A stretch of DNA of 61,972 nucleotides from Pseudomonadota bacterium (GTDB lineage Bacteria > Bdellovibrionota > FAC87 > UBA2466): the NCBI GenBank assembly GCA_043767805.1, contig JAYUGC010000113.1:1-61972 (forward strand). The letters are read 5' to 3'. The notes below the pieces were generated by a model. The model had not been told where the DNA came from, made no database searches, and saw only the letters and a program-made list of their open reading frames with translations. A program made the position numbers and the translations under genes. Of the stretch, positions 7,607 through 19,600 are shown piece by piece. Numbering within the stretch: the first letter of the stretch is position 1; the number at the start of each line of letters is the position of its first letter.

Positions 7607-10600
7607 TTGTCCGACGAGTTCAAAAAAGCGATGACCGATCTCCGAGACAGTCCAACCCGCGGCGCGGACCTGGACGGCCATCTCTTTCTTCAGCTTCTGC
7701 AAACGCCTGATTCCACCACCAATACCGGCCATTCGTTGTTGGGCCTGGAAGGGTTGGAAGATTCCGCAAAGCAAGACTTCTATACGGTCGTCGGAGCCAT
7801 CCGCGCCCAGGATCCTTTCGCGGGCGCTCTCGTCGAGCCCGGAGGCAAGACTCTGTCGTCGCCTGAAGAGCTATTTGCGAGAATGGCTTATAGGGAAGAC
7901 CCGGCGGTCCTTAAAACGCTCGAGTTCAAGGGTGGGCCGGGCTACGCTGACTCTCCCGAGTACCTGCGGGAGACCCTGAGCCGCGCGTTTGCGGACTTGG
8001 AAAAACCCGAGACGCACCATCTCGGGCTCGATCGAAGCCGAGCACTGCCGTCTCAGATGGGACTGCTCTCCGAAGAAGAGCGAAAAGTTCAGCGAGAAAT
8101 TTTATCCGCGGCCCAGCTGGCCGTCGAACGCATGGACGGACATCAGCTCTCCGCGGACGATGCCGTGCTGCTAGAGGAAGAGCGCGCTCTCAAATCAAAA
8201 CTTTCCAAGAACTGTCCTTCCAACGCGGACTACGAGCTGAAGCGTTTGATCGAGATAGCGAAAGCCAAAGACAAAAAATCCATACCCATCCGGACTCGCC
8301 TGGCGCTTCTAAAGCTACCCGCGGGCCACATGGAAATACTTCGCTTCCTGATTGATAAAGCCGCTACCCCGGCTGAAAAGGACCGCCTTTCCGCTTTGAT
8401 TTATGCTCCGTCGGCGAACGCGATTCGGACAGAGCTCGGCAAGTTACCTTCCGAGCTCTTGGTCCTGGATTACAATCAGCCGCGCTTTAAAAGGGAATAC
8501 GATCAGAGAAACGGCGTCTCGTCGGTTCCGCTACCCTCTATCTTTGGAAAAAAGAACGAAGCGGGGGCCGCCAATCCCAACTTCCGTCCGGAAGCTGCTC
8601 GCTACTACGCGCTCAACGCTTTTAAATATGAAGCGCACGGTTCCCCCGAGGGAAGTAGTGACCCGCAGGCGTTTTTCAGCTGCTTTAAGCCGCCCTACGT
8701 CGATGCTTTGGCGATTTACGTCGGAGACATCGATGGCTGGGGACTTACCACTCCGCAAATTCTGGCGGAAATGGAGAAGGTCCGCTCGGGTAAGCTTGCC
8801 GAAGCCAATCCGAAGGTACAGGGTTTCTTGCAGGAGCTTTACGCGAATCGCGGAGCGAATCGCCTCGACTCGGACATCATTCGCCTGGGCCAGTGGCGCC
8901 GGGCCAAAGATCACCGCGCGCCGACCTCCGAAGAGCGAATGGCGTTTCTCGGAGATACCTTGCTCCCGGCAAGTCACGAGCAGGCCCCAAGCTTGAGATC
9001 GGAACGCGAAGGCGTAGTTAAGTTCGTTGCCACTCCCACGACTCAAACTCCCTCGGCGCTTCGTTGCGAGGATGAGGACCAGGCTTTGAAGAGTGTGCTC
9101 GCCGAGCAGTTCCCCGCGGTTGCCGAGGCGTTGGTGAGCTCCGATCCGGCGAAACTCGTTCACGCTTGGATCGCCGTCAATCGCGGCAATCTGAGCTTCG
9201 ACCCGGCCAAGATCCCGCTACCGGAGAAAACCGATCCGCGGTGGAAAAAACTTTCCGAAACCGTGGTGCCGTCCAAAGACAAAGCCGCTTTCTGGGATCG
9301 CATCAAGCAGGATCCCATTGCGGGTCTGGGAAAAGAGGCCGCGCCGGCGATACGCCGACAGATTCTCAGCCGTCTGATGCCCCAGCTCGTCTTGAGTGCG
9401 CCGAAAGCCGCGGAAAATCCGCTTCCCGGCCTGACCCCCGAGACCAAGGCCGCCAGAGAGCAGGCCGTTTCTCGCCGCATCGAGGACATCCAGAATTTGG
9501 TGAACTACGCCCAGCGAAATCTCGTCGGTATCGATGCCTTGTTCGCGCTCCAAAGCGCGAGCCCCGAAACCGGAGCGGACGCGCCCGAAGAGTTCCGCAA
9601 GGGCTTCTTGGCCTTTAACCGAGCCATGGAGAGTAATATCAGAGCGGTCCCCGGTCAGTTCGTCGACGGAATCTCGGGAGAGCTCGACCGGCTATTGAGC
9701 GGGCTTATGGAGGAAGAGCGCCTCAAGGTGCCCATGGACGCCTTTCTCCTCCACGACCGGATTTCTCTCAGAGAATATCACCGAGTGGGAGCCGAGAAGG
9801 ATGGCACGCGGCAGCCCGTCACGCCAGACGGTTCCCCTGATCTCTCCAACTTGGCAAAGGAAGAAGCTTTTCTGAAAGGCGTTCAAGCGCGCCATCAGTA
9901 CTTCGCCCAGCAAGGCTTGAAGCAAAAGCGCTTGGAGGCGCTCGGCTCGCAAAACGAATTTCTGACTCAGTTTTCCCGGCACCTCGGGCGGCTGGGTCCC
10001 GAGGTTCTTCCCGCCGCTCAGCTCAAGGCGGTTCTCGACCAGCTAGGAAGAATAAACGCCGCACTTACCGTCGGTCAGAAGGCCGCCCTTCTCCAAACGC
10101 TTGGCAATTTCGCTCTGTATTGCCAGAGCAAGCCCGACAATTGCAGTCTGCCGCTCCGCGAATCCGTGGGGCTCATGAACGCCATGTCTTTGAGGGATTT
10201 CGAAACGCTCAATCCCCTGGTGTATCAGCAGCACCTCAAGACTCCGAACGAAAGCAAAGACCCGTTTCTCGGCGACAACCGCCGTTTGTTTTCCAAGTGC
10301 TTGTTGAGGGACGAGCCGCCTCGCGAGGTGGCGAAGACTGAGGAGCCGAAGCCGGAAGTGGCGCCCCTCGTTCCTTTCAAGTTAGATAACTCCCGGCCGG
10401 ATGGCCCGAGTGCGCAGGGCCCCACGGCGGCGAACAAAGATCCCATCTGGGGACTACCCGAAACGTTTATTACCGAGGACGGAAAGCCCAAGTCCGCGGA
10501 AATGCGGGACGGGAGTAGCCCGTTCTTCGCGGAAAAAGCCGAGATGACGGCCGAAGCGCGTCAGAAGGTTTGGCTAAAAAACGAAGCGCGCGTGGCGGAA

Positions 10601-13600
10601 GCTCTCGATGATCTGGCAAATCCTGCCCTGACGGCTGAGGATCTGCAAAAACGTTTTGGGGCTTATTATCAGTCTAGGTTTGGGCAGCCTATGCCCACCG
10701 GTCCCTTAAGCCCGGTCACGGCGCAGAAGCTACGTTTTGCTTTGGTCAGCGATCTGTTCGAGCAGGCGGCCGCGGCCTCGGGAACCGCGCAGCGTAGCCG
10801 GCTACTCGCGGCGTTGAGCTCCTTGCCTGGTTCCGACGGAACCGTGGGAGGCTTGCGAAAGGCCTTGGACGGACTCTTCGACACCTCCACAAAAAATGAG
10901 TTTCAGCTCGCCGCTAAATTCCAGGCGGTTAACGACTGGTTGATCCAAGAAGCGAGTCACGGCGTCGGCAATAGCGACTCGAGAATGAGCCGCCTGCTTG
11001 GTTTGGTCTCGAGCACGCTCGACGATTACTGGGATCCAACGCAGAACAAGGCGCATGCGGACTCGGCGAGCACCCTTCGGATGGAGGGAGAGTACGAGCG
11101 GCATTATCCCGAGCTGGCCGAGCTGAGAACGCGGCTCCAGACCGCCGCCGTCAACGAAGGCAAATTCCTCTACGGTTCCGCCCGGCACTGGGCTTATTCG
11201 TCCCCTGAAACGATCCAGGCGGTGAGCGATCTCGGCAACACTTTATTGAGATACGAGCCGAAGGCGCTCGTCTCCGCGTTAACTGACGCCGGCGGCGATG
11301 CGAAACGCGCCAGCAAAGTGGACGAGCTCCATAAGCTCTGGGGGCGTTTCGCCCTGGAGCCCAACGCGGATCCCATGGCCGCGGATTTCAAGCCGGGCAA
11401 TCTGAACACGAATCGCGTTCGCGCGCTGGCGATGGAAACGCTTCTGCGTAAGTACAAGTTCAACGTGGGCGAGCTCGAGCAGATGCTAGGCACCTACTTA
11501 AAGGGAGCCCGGCTCGTTTCTCCCTACGAAATGGCTTTGGGCCTCGATCCGAACCTCGGCATCTACAATACCAAGAGTCACGCGGACGTTTTGAAACAGC
11601 CCGTGAAGGATGAAGATAAGGAAGGCATGATCGCCGAGCTTCTCATGGACGCTCGTGGCATCGGCGCCTACTTGCGCCGGAACAATCCAGTTCCCATGCC
11701 CGGACAAACTCCCAATCCCAAGCGGGACGAGCTGACTAAGAAATTTGCCGAAAGCTGGCCTACCACCGCGGAAATGAAAGCCACCATCGGGAGCCTGAAG
11801 TATTGGGCGGGTCCCGAGCAGGGCGGAGAGCGCACGCGCCAAGAGATTCAAGCCAAGTTTGGTTTCCTCACCGACCATCAGTCCGATCAGTTGAACCGCG
11901 CCTTGTCCGTATTGAGAAAGCTGCCCAAGCGCGATCTCCCCAGTGACGCGGAGATCATGCGAGTTATCGCCACGGAAGTGTTTCGGACCTATTCCAACGG
12001 CGAAGTGGGCGCGGAAAAGACGATTCCCGCGGTACTGAAACCGGACGCGGACGCGCTTCTGGAGACCGTGCGGAGCCTACACGAGTTGGTTAAATCGGAT
12101 CGCCCCGTCTTGGAAGCCGACTTGGCTGGCGCGACTAAGGGTCTTAAAGAATTGCTCGGCCAGGCCTCACTCGTCCAAGATCCCGAGAGTGGCCTGAAGA
12201 ACTGGATTTTAGGCAGCATGAACCGGAACATGGGCATCTCCGGACTGCTCACCGACCTCTTCGAGTACCGGCACCCCTGGGTGAAGCTCGATTCCATCGA
12301 GAACGTTTTGACGACCTTGGATCCGCGGCTCCGCGATACCGATCCCTTGGTTCGGGAACAGCTGAGAAATTTAGCGCGTATCTTGAAGGCGTCGCGCTGG
12401 CTCGAGGACAAGGAAAATCCGACCGATGCCGAGATTGAAAAAGCGGTTAGTGAAGCTTCCTTCGGCGTGACGCCGGATCAGAAGACTCCCGAGGAAATGG
12501 CAGCCGAAATCAAGCGTCTCTCTAGCTGGGTCAAGCTCTCGCTCCATATCGCGAAAAAAGCGCCTACCGATCGAAAATTAGATCAGGACCTCGCTTCCTT
12601 CATTCCCGCCGAGAGAACTCCGGAAGCGATCCGCTCCGACGCGCATCTCATCAGCGAATTTTTCAAAATCTCCCGCACTTTCTCGCCCAGAGACTCTGAC
12701 CGCGCCCAGCTCGCGAAGCTGCGGGATCAGGGACTCGATCACCATCTCATCGATACCTGGGTCAAAGCGTTGCAAGTCGACATGGATCATCTCGCCGGAG
12801 TGGCGCCGCACAAGGCGCTGGATGCGATTCGTTCGTCGAGTGCCGCGCGGGACGAAATTCTCGGGGCTATTTCCCTCATCACCCGTCATCTCAAAGACGA
12901 TCCGGTTCCCTTCAGCATGACGCCAAAGAAGGACGCGCCCTTTTCCATTCTCGCGGACCGCTTCGGTAGAACTCACAGAATCGAAGGGCTCTATCCGTGG
13001 ATCAAAGATCAGCTCAATGAGACGGACGAAGGAAAGTACACCGCGGCTCTCATGGGCGTTCTTCCCATCGGAGTCAAAGACGTAACCGACGACGCGCCGG
13101 AAAAAGCGCCTCTAGTGGGCGATAAGAACGAGCTTTTCGCCCAGGCTCTGTCGGTTCTGCGCTGCCGTTTACTGGAAGAGGTCCTTCGTCTTCAGTACGG
13201 TTATTCCGCGCGCGGCGGTAGCAGCCAATCTGCGCTCCTTCATTTCGATAACGACGTCCGCAAAAACGATCAAAAGCTCGGCGTGCTTTACGCAAAGGTC
13301 ATCCGGGACGTCGAAGTAAAGCTCCTGGAGCAATATTCGGACGCGGAAGTCGACATGAAGGCATTCCGCGACAAGTTGAAGAGCACCGATCCGGTCGCCT
13401 ATCTGAACACTTTGCGGGAACGCACTTTGCCCAGCGAAGCCGAAATGCGCGACGGCCGCGTGGTCGCGGTGCCCGGATGTGTGTATCAAGACACGTATCG
13501 CTCTACCGCGTCGGGTGGCCCGGATAAAAAAGGGCCCGGCTGGATCTTGGCGGGTCCGAACCGTGCGTTCTCAGAGTGGGCTCGCGAAGAGTTGCGGCGA

Positions 13601-16600
13601 GGCGGGCGCGACGGTGTCTCCGAGATTTTGCGCGACGACAATCGCTTCCTCTCGGCGTTATCCGGCGAGCTCTCACAGAGCTTTGGCCCGTACGCGGGCT
13701 TTTATCGCCCTCAAAATACCTGGACGGCCGAAAAGACTTATCCCGCCTTGCATGAGTGGGGATACTCGGTGGCTTTACAGCGCGGCAAATACCCGACCGA
13801 CGGGTTCGCACCCCGGGATCCTCCACCCGCCGTGCTGGCCGCCTTGGCCGAGCTTCCGAAGGAAAAGAAAGAAGCTCTCACTAGCCAATTGGAAGCCGCG
13901 AAGAAGGAAGCCCTCCGTAAGGATAAGGCCGCGGAGAATCTAGTCGGCACAGGGCCGACGTTCGGCGTGCGGACGGTCCATCCGGATCACGACGTCGAAG
14001 AAGCGGGGAAAGCCCTGCGCGCGGCGCACGAGACCCGCAAGGCTATTTACGACTCGATTTTGGAAACGCATGCGCAATCTTTCCGCACGCCCGCTTCACC
14101 CATTCCCGCCGGGGCGGAAGCTCAGTTGATGAAGCTTTCGCTTCCCATGCGAGAGTTGCTCTCCGTCGTTCTTTTCCATGAGCGCGATCGCGCGGCCGTT
14201 ATCGAAGCTAAGCTTCGCGAGCTGGATCGCGACCCGAAAGCCAACGAAAAAGAGATCACCAAGCTTCGCTCCGAAGTGAAAGCCATTCATCTTTTGGCCA
14301 ACCGGCTCATTCTGGTCCCCGACGTCTCCACCTTAGCGAGCGTCGCCTGGAAGGACCCCAAGCTCAGAATGTGGTTACTCGACAAGGCCACGCCGCGACT
14401 CAGTCCGCCCGAAGAAGGAAAGGCGTTCACCGATCTGACGGACAAGCTCCGGCGCTGGGACAAGTTGCTTCTGAAGCCGGGTGAAGAGGCATTGAGTCTT
14501 GAGGAACGCGAAGCTGTACGAGACCAGTTTGAAAGGGTCTTGCATTTCGCCGCGGCTCCGTCGAGTGGTCCTTTCGAGGAGACTCGTGGCTCGAACGACC
14601 GCGGCAAGAAAGCCGCTTCCCATTTCGTTTCCTTACTCCTGCGCATGACCGAAGAGGCCGGGAGTCTCGAGTTTGCTCGCAAAAACTCCGGCTTCGCCAA
14701 AGATTACGAAGCTGTCATGGGCGGAGACGCGCGCTTTACCCCGCAGGCTACCTTAGGCGAGCTGCAGTCCGAGCGGCGCTTGGCTCACGACGGTTGCGCG
14801 GGAGACAAGGCAACCTCACTGACTTGCGTGAAACTGAACGAGCGCCTCAAAAAAATGGATGGTCTGGGACGTGGATTGTCTACCCAGGCCCGCCTGAGGT
14901 ATTTGACCCCTGGCGAAGATCAGCTCCAAGAGGGCGACTTCCATGCGTTAGAGCGGCTCGAAAACGATTTGCTGCCTCAGACGCATACGCAAAACGATAA
15001 AGCGGAGGGAATCCGGCTCACCCAGGAAAACCTGATGGCGTTCCCGAGTAAAGGCGTCATCGATCAGGCGTCGCGCAACTACGACTTGGGACGTTTCCTC
15101 TATCGCACTCAGAATGAGTCCGTGCCTCGCGTTTCGGAAGAAGTCATCGAGCGCTTGGTGAAAGTGGCGCAAAACGGCAAGGCACAAGTTTTCGGATGGA
15201 AGATCACCGACAAGGGTCCGACTCTCGTGGTGGAAGAGAAAGCTTGCGAGACGATTAAGCCGCTCCCCGAGAACCCCGGCGAAGTCGATACCGAAGTCAT
15301 CGCAGACGTCGTCATGTCCAAGGAAGACAGCGAAGTCATTCTCGGAGGAGCCACGAGGCTCGCGAACTACCAGGCGTTCCAGACGGCTTACGAGGGCCTG
15401 AAGCTATCTTCGCCGACCGGGCAGGAGCCCGATTACGCCGAGGTGATGGAAAAAGCCAAGCCCATCTTCGACGAGAAGCGCGACAAGCTCTTGACTGATC
15501 TGGTCACCATGGCGGCGCGCCGGTATTTGCAGATAGCGATCCGAGAAGCCGGCAATCCGGCCGACTTGCGTCTCTCCGCGCCCAACTCGAAAGCAGGTTG
15601 CGCCCTGCGCGCGTTGCTCGGTAAAGCGCACATCTACGACATTCAGAAAGTGCAACAAGACGTCTTCCGCTCGGAGAAGATTGCGGAAACTCGCGCAGCC
15701 GGGAAGGGCGACGGGACGGTTTCGCCGAAGGAAATGGGAGAAAAGCTCGAGAGGTTCATGAGCTCACCTGAGTTTCTCGTCGAGATCGAGCGCAAGTTCG
15801 AACATGAGGTGGCTTTCCACGACGGTACCCAGGAACAGACGCGGCCGGTGTTCAACGCAGCCGTGACCGAGACGACTCTCAAGGACGGTCTGGGCGCTTG
15901 TTACGACAGCTGGAAAAAAGGCGGCAAGACGGTTCCGGCAATTACCCGGCAAGACGATCCTCGCGTGCTCAAGCTAGCCACCGCCATCGAGGCGGAAACT
16001 CTAGCCATTCGTTCGCTGCACCAGATGAATCAGGTGGAGGCCGATTTGCGCGCCCGCGCGGCGGAGACCACCATCAGCGACACCGCGGCGGACCTCTCTT
16101 TCTTTTCCGACCCCAAAACGGGTTTGGTGACGTCGATTGAGAAACAGCTGGCCAGGTTTAAGAACCCGAAGCTCAATCCGGAGCTCAATACCCACGAGAT
16201 GAAAAAGACCGTGGAGCGGCTGGAAGAGCAGCTCGCGTCGCACAAATCAAATGCATCAAGACTGACGTTTGACCTCTACCGGAACCGTTTGCGGGTGGAA
16301 GCGGCGCTGAACGCTCCTTTGGACGGACCCAAGACCCAAGAAGAGATTCTCTCGGATATCGATTCCATCTCTCGCATCAAGAGCCTTTACGAAGAGGAAA
16401 GCAATCGGCTTCATCTGGCGCTTCCCGAAGACCGGCGTCCTCCGTTCGCGGCTTTTCCGCCGAATGATTTCTTCGGCAATGTCTATGACGACCCCCAATT
16501 GCGCGGCTACGTCGAGCGCTTCGTCCGCGCCAAGCTCGCGGCGGTAGCGGAGAAGCGCAAGCTGCACCAAGTTCCCGAAGGGTACGATCCCCGCCTCGAC

Positions 16601-19600
16601 GAAGCGGCTTTGATCGACATCAAGCTCCAGTCCCTCATCCGCAAAGCCGGCGCGCTCAAGCGCTCCGAGCGGATGCAGAAGATGGAAGAAGAGCTCGGTA
16701 AAATGGCGACCGCTCAAGACCAGAGCGTCATCTTGAAAGTTCAGGATGATTTCGACCAGATGGCCGTGCACTGCATGGAGCTGCTCGCGGACAAGGGCCG
16801 CTGGCCGGTCTTCACCGATGACGACGGCAAACATTTCGACTTGGCGGATATCGCCGCCGTCCGCAACCACATCATGGCCTTCGAGGCGCAACGGGCGGGC
16901 TTTAAGGCTCTCGTCAGCTCCCTTTTGCCGCCTCCCGGAGTCAAGCTGGCTAAAGACATGGACGGGACCCGGGCTTTCGAGCACTTCGTGGCTAGCCACC
17001 CGACGTATAAGGAAGCTTTAATAGCCATGCAGGGCAACGACTCGCTTTTCCCGCTGAACGAGGCGGCTTTGCACTCCTTGGAGAAAGACACCTTCCAAAG
17101 AGCGTTCGACGAGCGCAATCAGGAAGAGATCAAATTGAAGGAAAGCCTCGAGGGTCTAGCCGAGCTCGGGTTTCAGTGGAACGGCACCAGCCTCCAGTGG
17201 GGCCAGGGCAAGGACGGTCTCAAGCTTCATCTCATCGGGCCCAAAGGCAAGATCAAGAGCCTCGCCGAATTGAAGGCGCGTCTCGAGGGTTTGCGCGCCC
17301 ATGGCGCTTACAAGCTCAATGGAAATAATCCCTGGTCGCTTCTGATGGAAGACATCTGGCTGAAATACTCGAACACTGGCTTCAAGCCGCTTATCGAGTT
17401 CGGTAACTCCGCCATTTGCATGATGAGCTTCTTGCACGAGACCGACGAAGCCCGAGCGGATGGGATTTACTCTCAGAGCACCGGTAGGGAGCAAAATCTA
17501 CCCGATCACGAGCTTTGCTTCGATCCGACACTGACGAAAGTTTCCGACAAGCATCGTGTCAAATCGGCGCGTCTCGGCGGTGGCATCGAAGACCAAAAAG
17601 GAATCTCGTCGACCTTCCTGAGCGACATGGGTCACGCGGAGAAGTACCTTGCTTTCATGAGCCTCGAAGATGCCCGCGCTAGAGCCACCAAGATTGCGGC
17701 GGAAGTGAAAGCCGGCATGAGCGGCGAGGCCAACAAGTACGATCTTCTGCGCAAAGAGCTCATGGGGCAGTCCAGCAACATGTTCGCGGCCTTTCAGGAT
17801 CTCGATCAGATTTCTTGGGAGCGCAACCCTCAGGGCAATATCTGGATGCGAAACCTGGGCTGGACCAGCGTAAAAGGCGCGGCCAATGCCTTGGATAAAT
17901 CGTGGGGCGCACTCGGAAAGCTCAGAGACACGCTGGCGAGCGACATCTCTCGCTTGGAAGCCCTCGGCGGCATCACCATCGACTGGCAGGCGAGCGATCA
18001 CACCGTTCAGCAGCCCGCCTCCAGCATCGCCCAGATGTTGCGGCAGCAGCAAAAATACGTCACTGACCCGGATTTCTTCAAGAACGTGCCTCGCGAGGTC
18101 ATGGAAAACATCGACGCTCTCCAGGAGTTCTATACCGAGATGCTCATCACCGAAATCGCCACCGCGGGTCTCGGTGGCGTGTTCCAGGCGGCCAGATTCG
18201 GCCTTAGGGGCGCGATGGTCGCCGATGCGGCGAAGTATGCGGTGCTGGCGGAGCGTCTGGAAAAAGGAATGGCGCTCACCGAGCACGTCGTGAAAGGCGT
18301 GCGCAGCGCTTACCGTTTCGGAATAGGCGGTAAGGTCGTCGGCGATTTGATTTCCAAATTGAACGAAAAAGAGCGCGGCTACATGATGACTCAGTCGGGC
18401 GTGCAACTGCGCGACGGCGCGAGAAAGAGCCGCTGGGTTTTCGGTCTGCTTCCGCTGACTGGGCCCGTGGTGCAGTCGATGGCGCAGTTGAGCGGCGTTC
18501 CGGCGCACTTGATTCCCTGGGTGGCGGGCCCGCTCTCCATGGGCGGAACGCACTACGGTGTCGAAATCGCCAACGGCCACGATCCCCTGCATTCTTTGAT
18601 TGGTACCGTGCCGATGGCGATGTTCGGCCTTCCGGTATCGCGGCTGGCCGGGGGTCTCTACGCCAACGGCATGAAGCAGCCCATTTTGGGATCGGTGCTT
18701 AGGCCCACCTGGGTGCAGAAGCCGCTCATGGGAATCGCCAGTTACGGTTACTTCGCCAGTGTTACCGCGACCGGCGGTGCGCTTAGCCATTACCTCTCTC
18801 CGGGGATCAACCGGGATGAGGAGACAGGTGAGCTCGTCTACACGAGTCCTTTCACGGGCAAAGAAGTGAAGGACGCGACGATCTTAAAAATCATGGGCGA
18901 CGCGGTTTTCGGCAATATCGGCATGGATATGTTCTTCGCTCGCAATCACATCGCGGAAGTCCAGTCGAACGCGGCGGCAAGTCTCTTCCGCTCCGGCACG
19001 TCTTATCGCCAAGTGATCGATACCTTTAGCGGAGGCAAGCCCCAAAAGGCGCAGCAAGCCCATCAGATGCTGATTCAGGGGCTTGCGCACACCTCCGTCT
19101 CCGAGATCCGCAATATGCGCCAGAAAGCCATCGAGCGGCGCCGTGAGGTCGAAAAGAATCCGCTCAACGTAGAGGCGGCGCGGGAACTGGAGGGTCTGGA
19201 ACAGTCCCTTTCGCTTTTTGCAAAGACCGCGGGCCACGGCGAGAAGGAATTTGGCACCGTGGATGAAGCGGCGATTAACTCGTTCATGACTTCTCTCGAG
19301 GCTCACACTAAGGGCGGCCTGGGCAACCGGCCGCTCATGGAAGTCGTCGATAAAATGTCTTTCGAATTGGCGGTGGCCAAAGTTTCCGATCTGAAAAAGA
19401 AAGACGCCAGCTTGGATGAATGGCTCGCGCTGGTCAAAGATCCCATTTATCAAGGATCGGGCGCCTCCAGCATGGCGCGGATCATGATCTTGCCTCCCGA
19501 AATCATCCAGAAAGCGCTGGCCTCTCCCAAGCACAAGGAAGCTTTCTTCCCGGTACTCGAGCAGCTCGCGGGCATCGTCTCCATTCGGCCGGACAGAATG

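Noticed and set aside
7580..7625. Selenocysteine or genome-wide UGA reassignment at the in-frame TGA
   Set aside because: TGA is an ordinary stop for ileS and many other genes here. The context (LMARLV*ATAS) is not a redox motif, and the downstream sequence forms only a weak hairpin, not a convincing SECIS.
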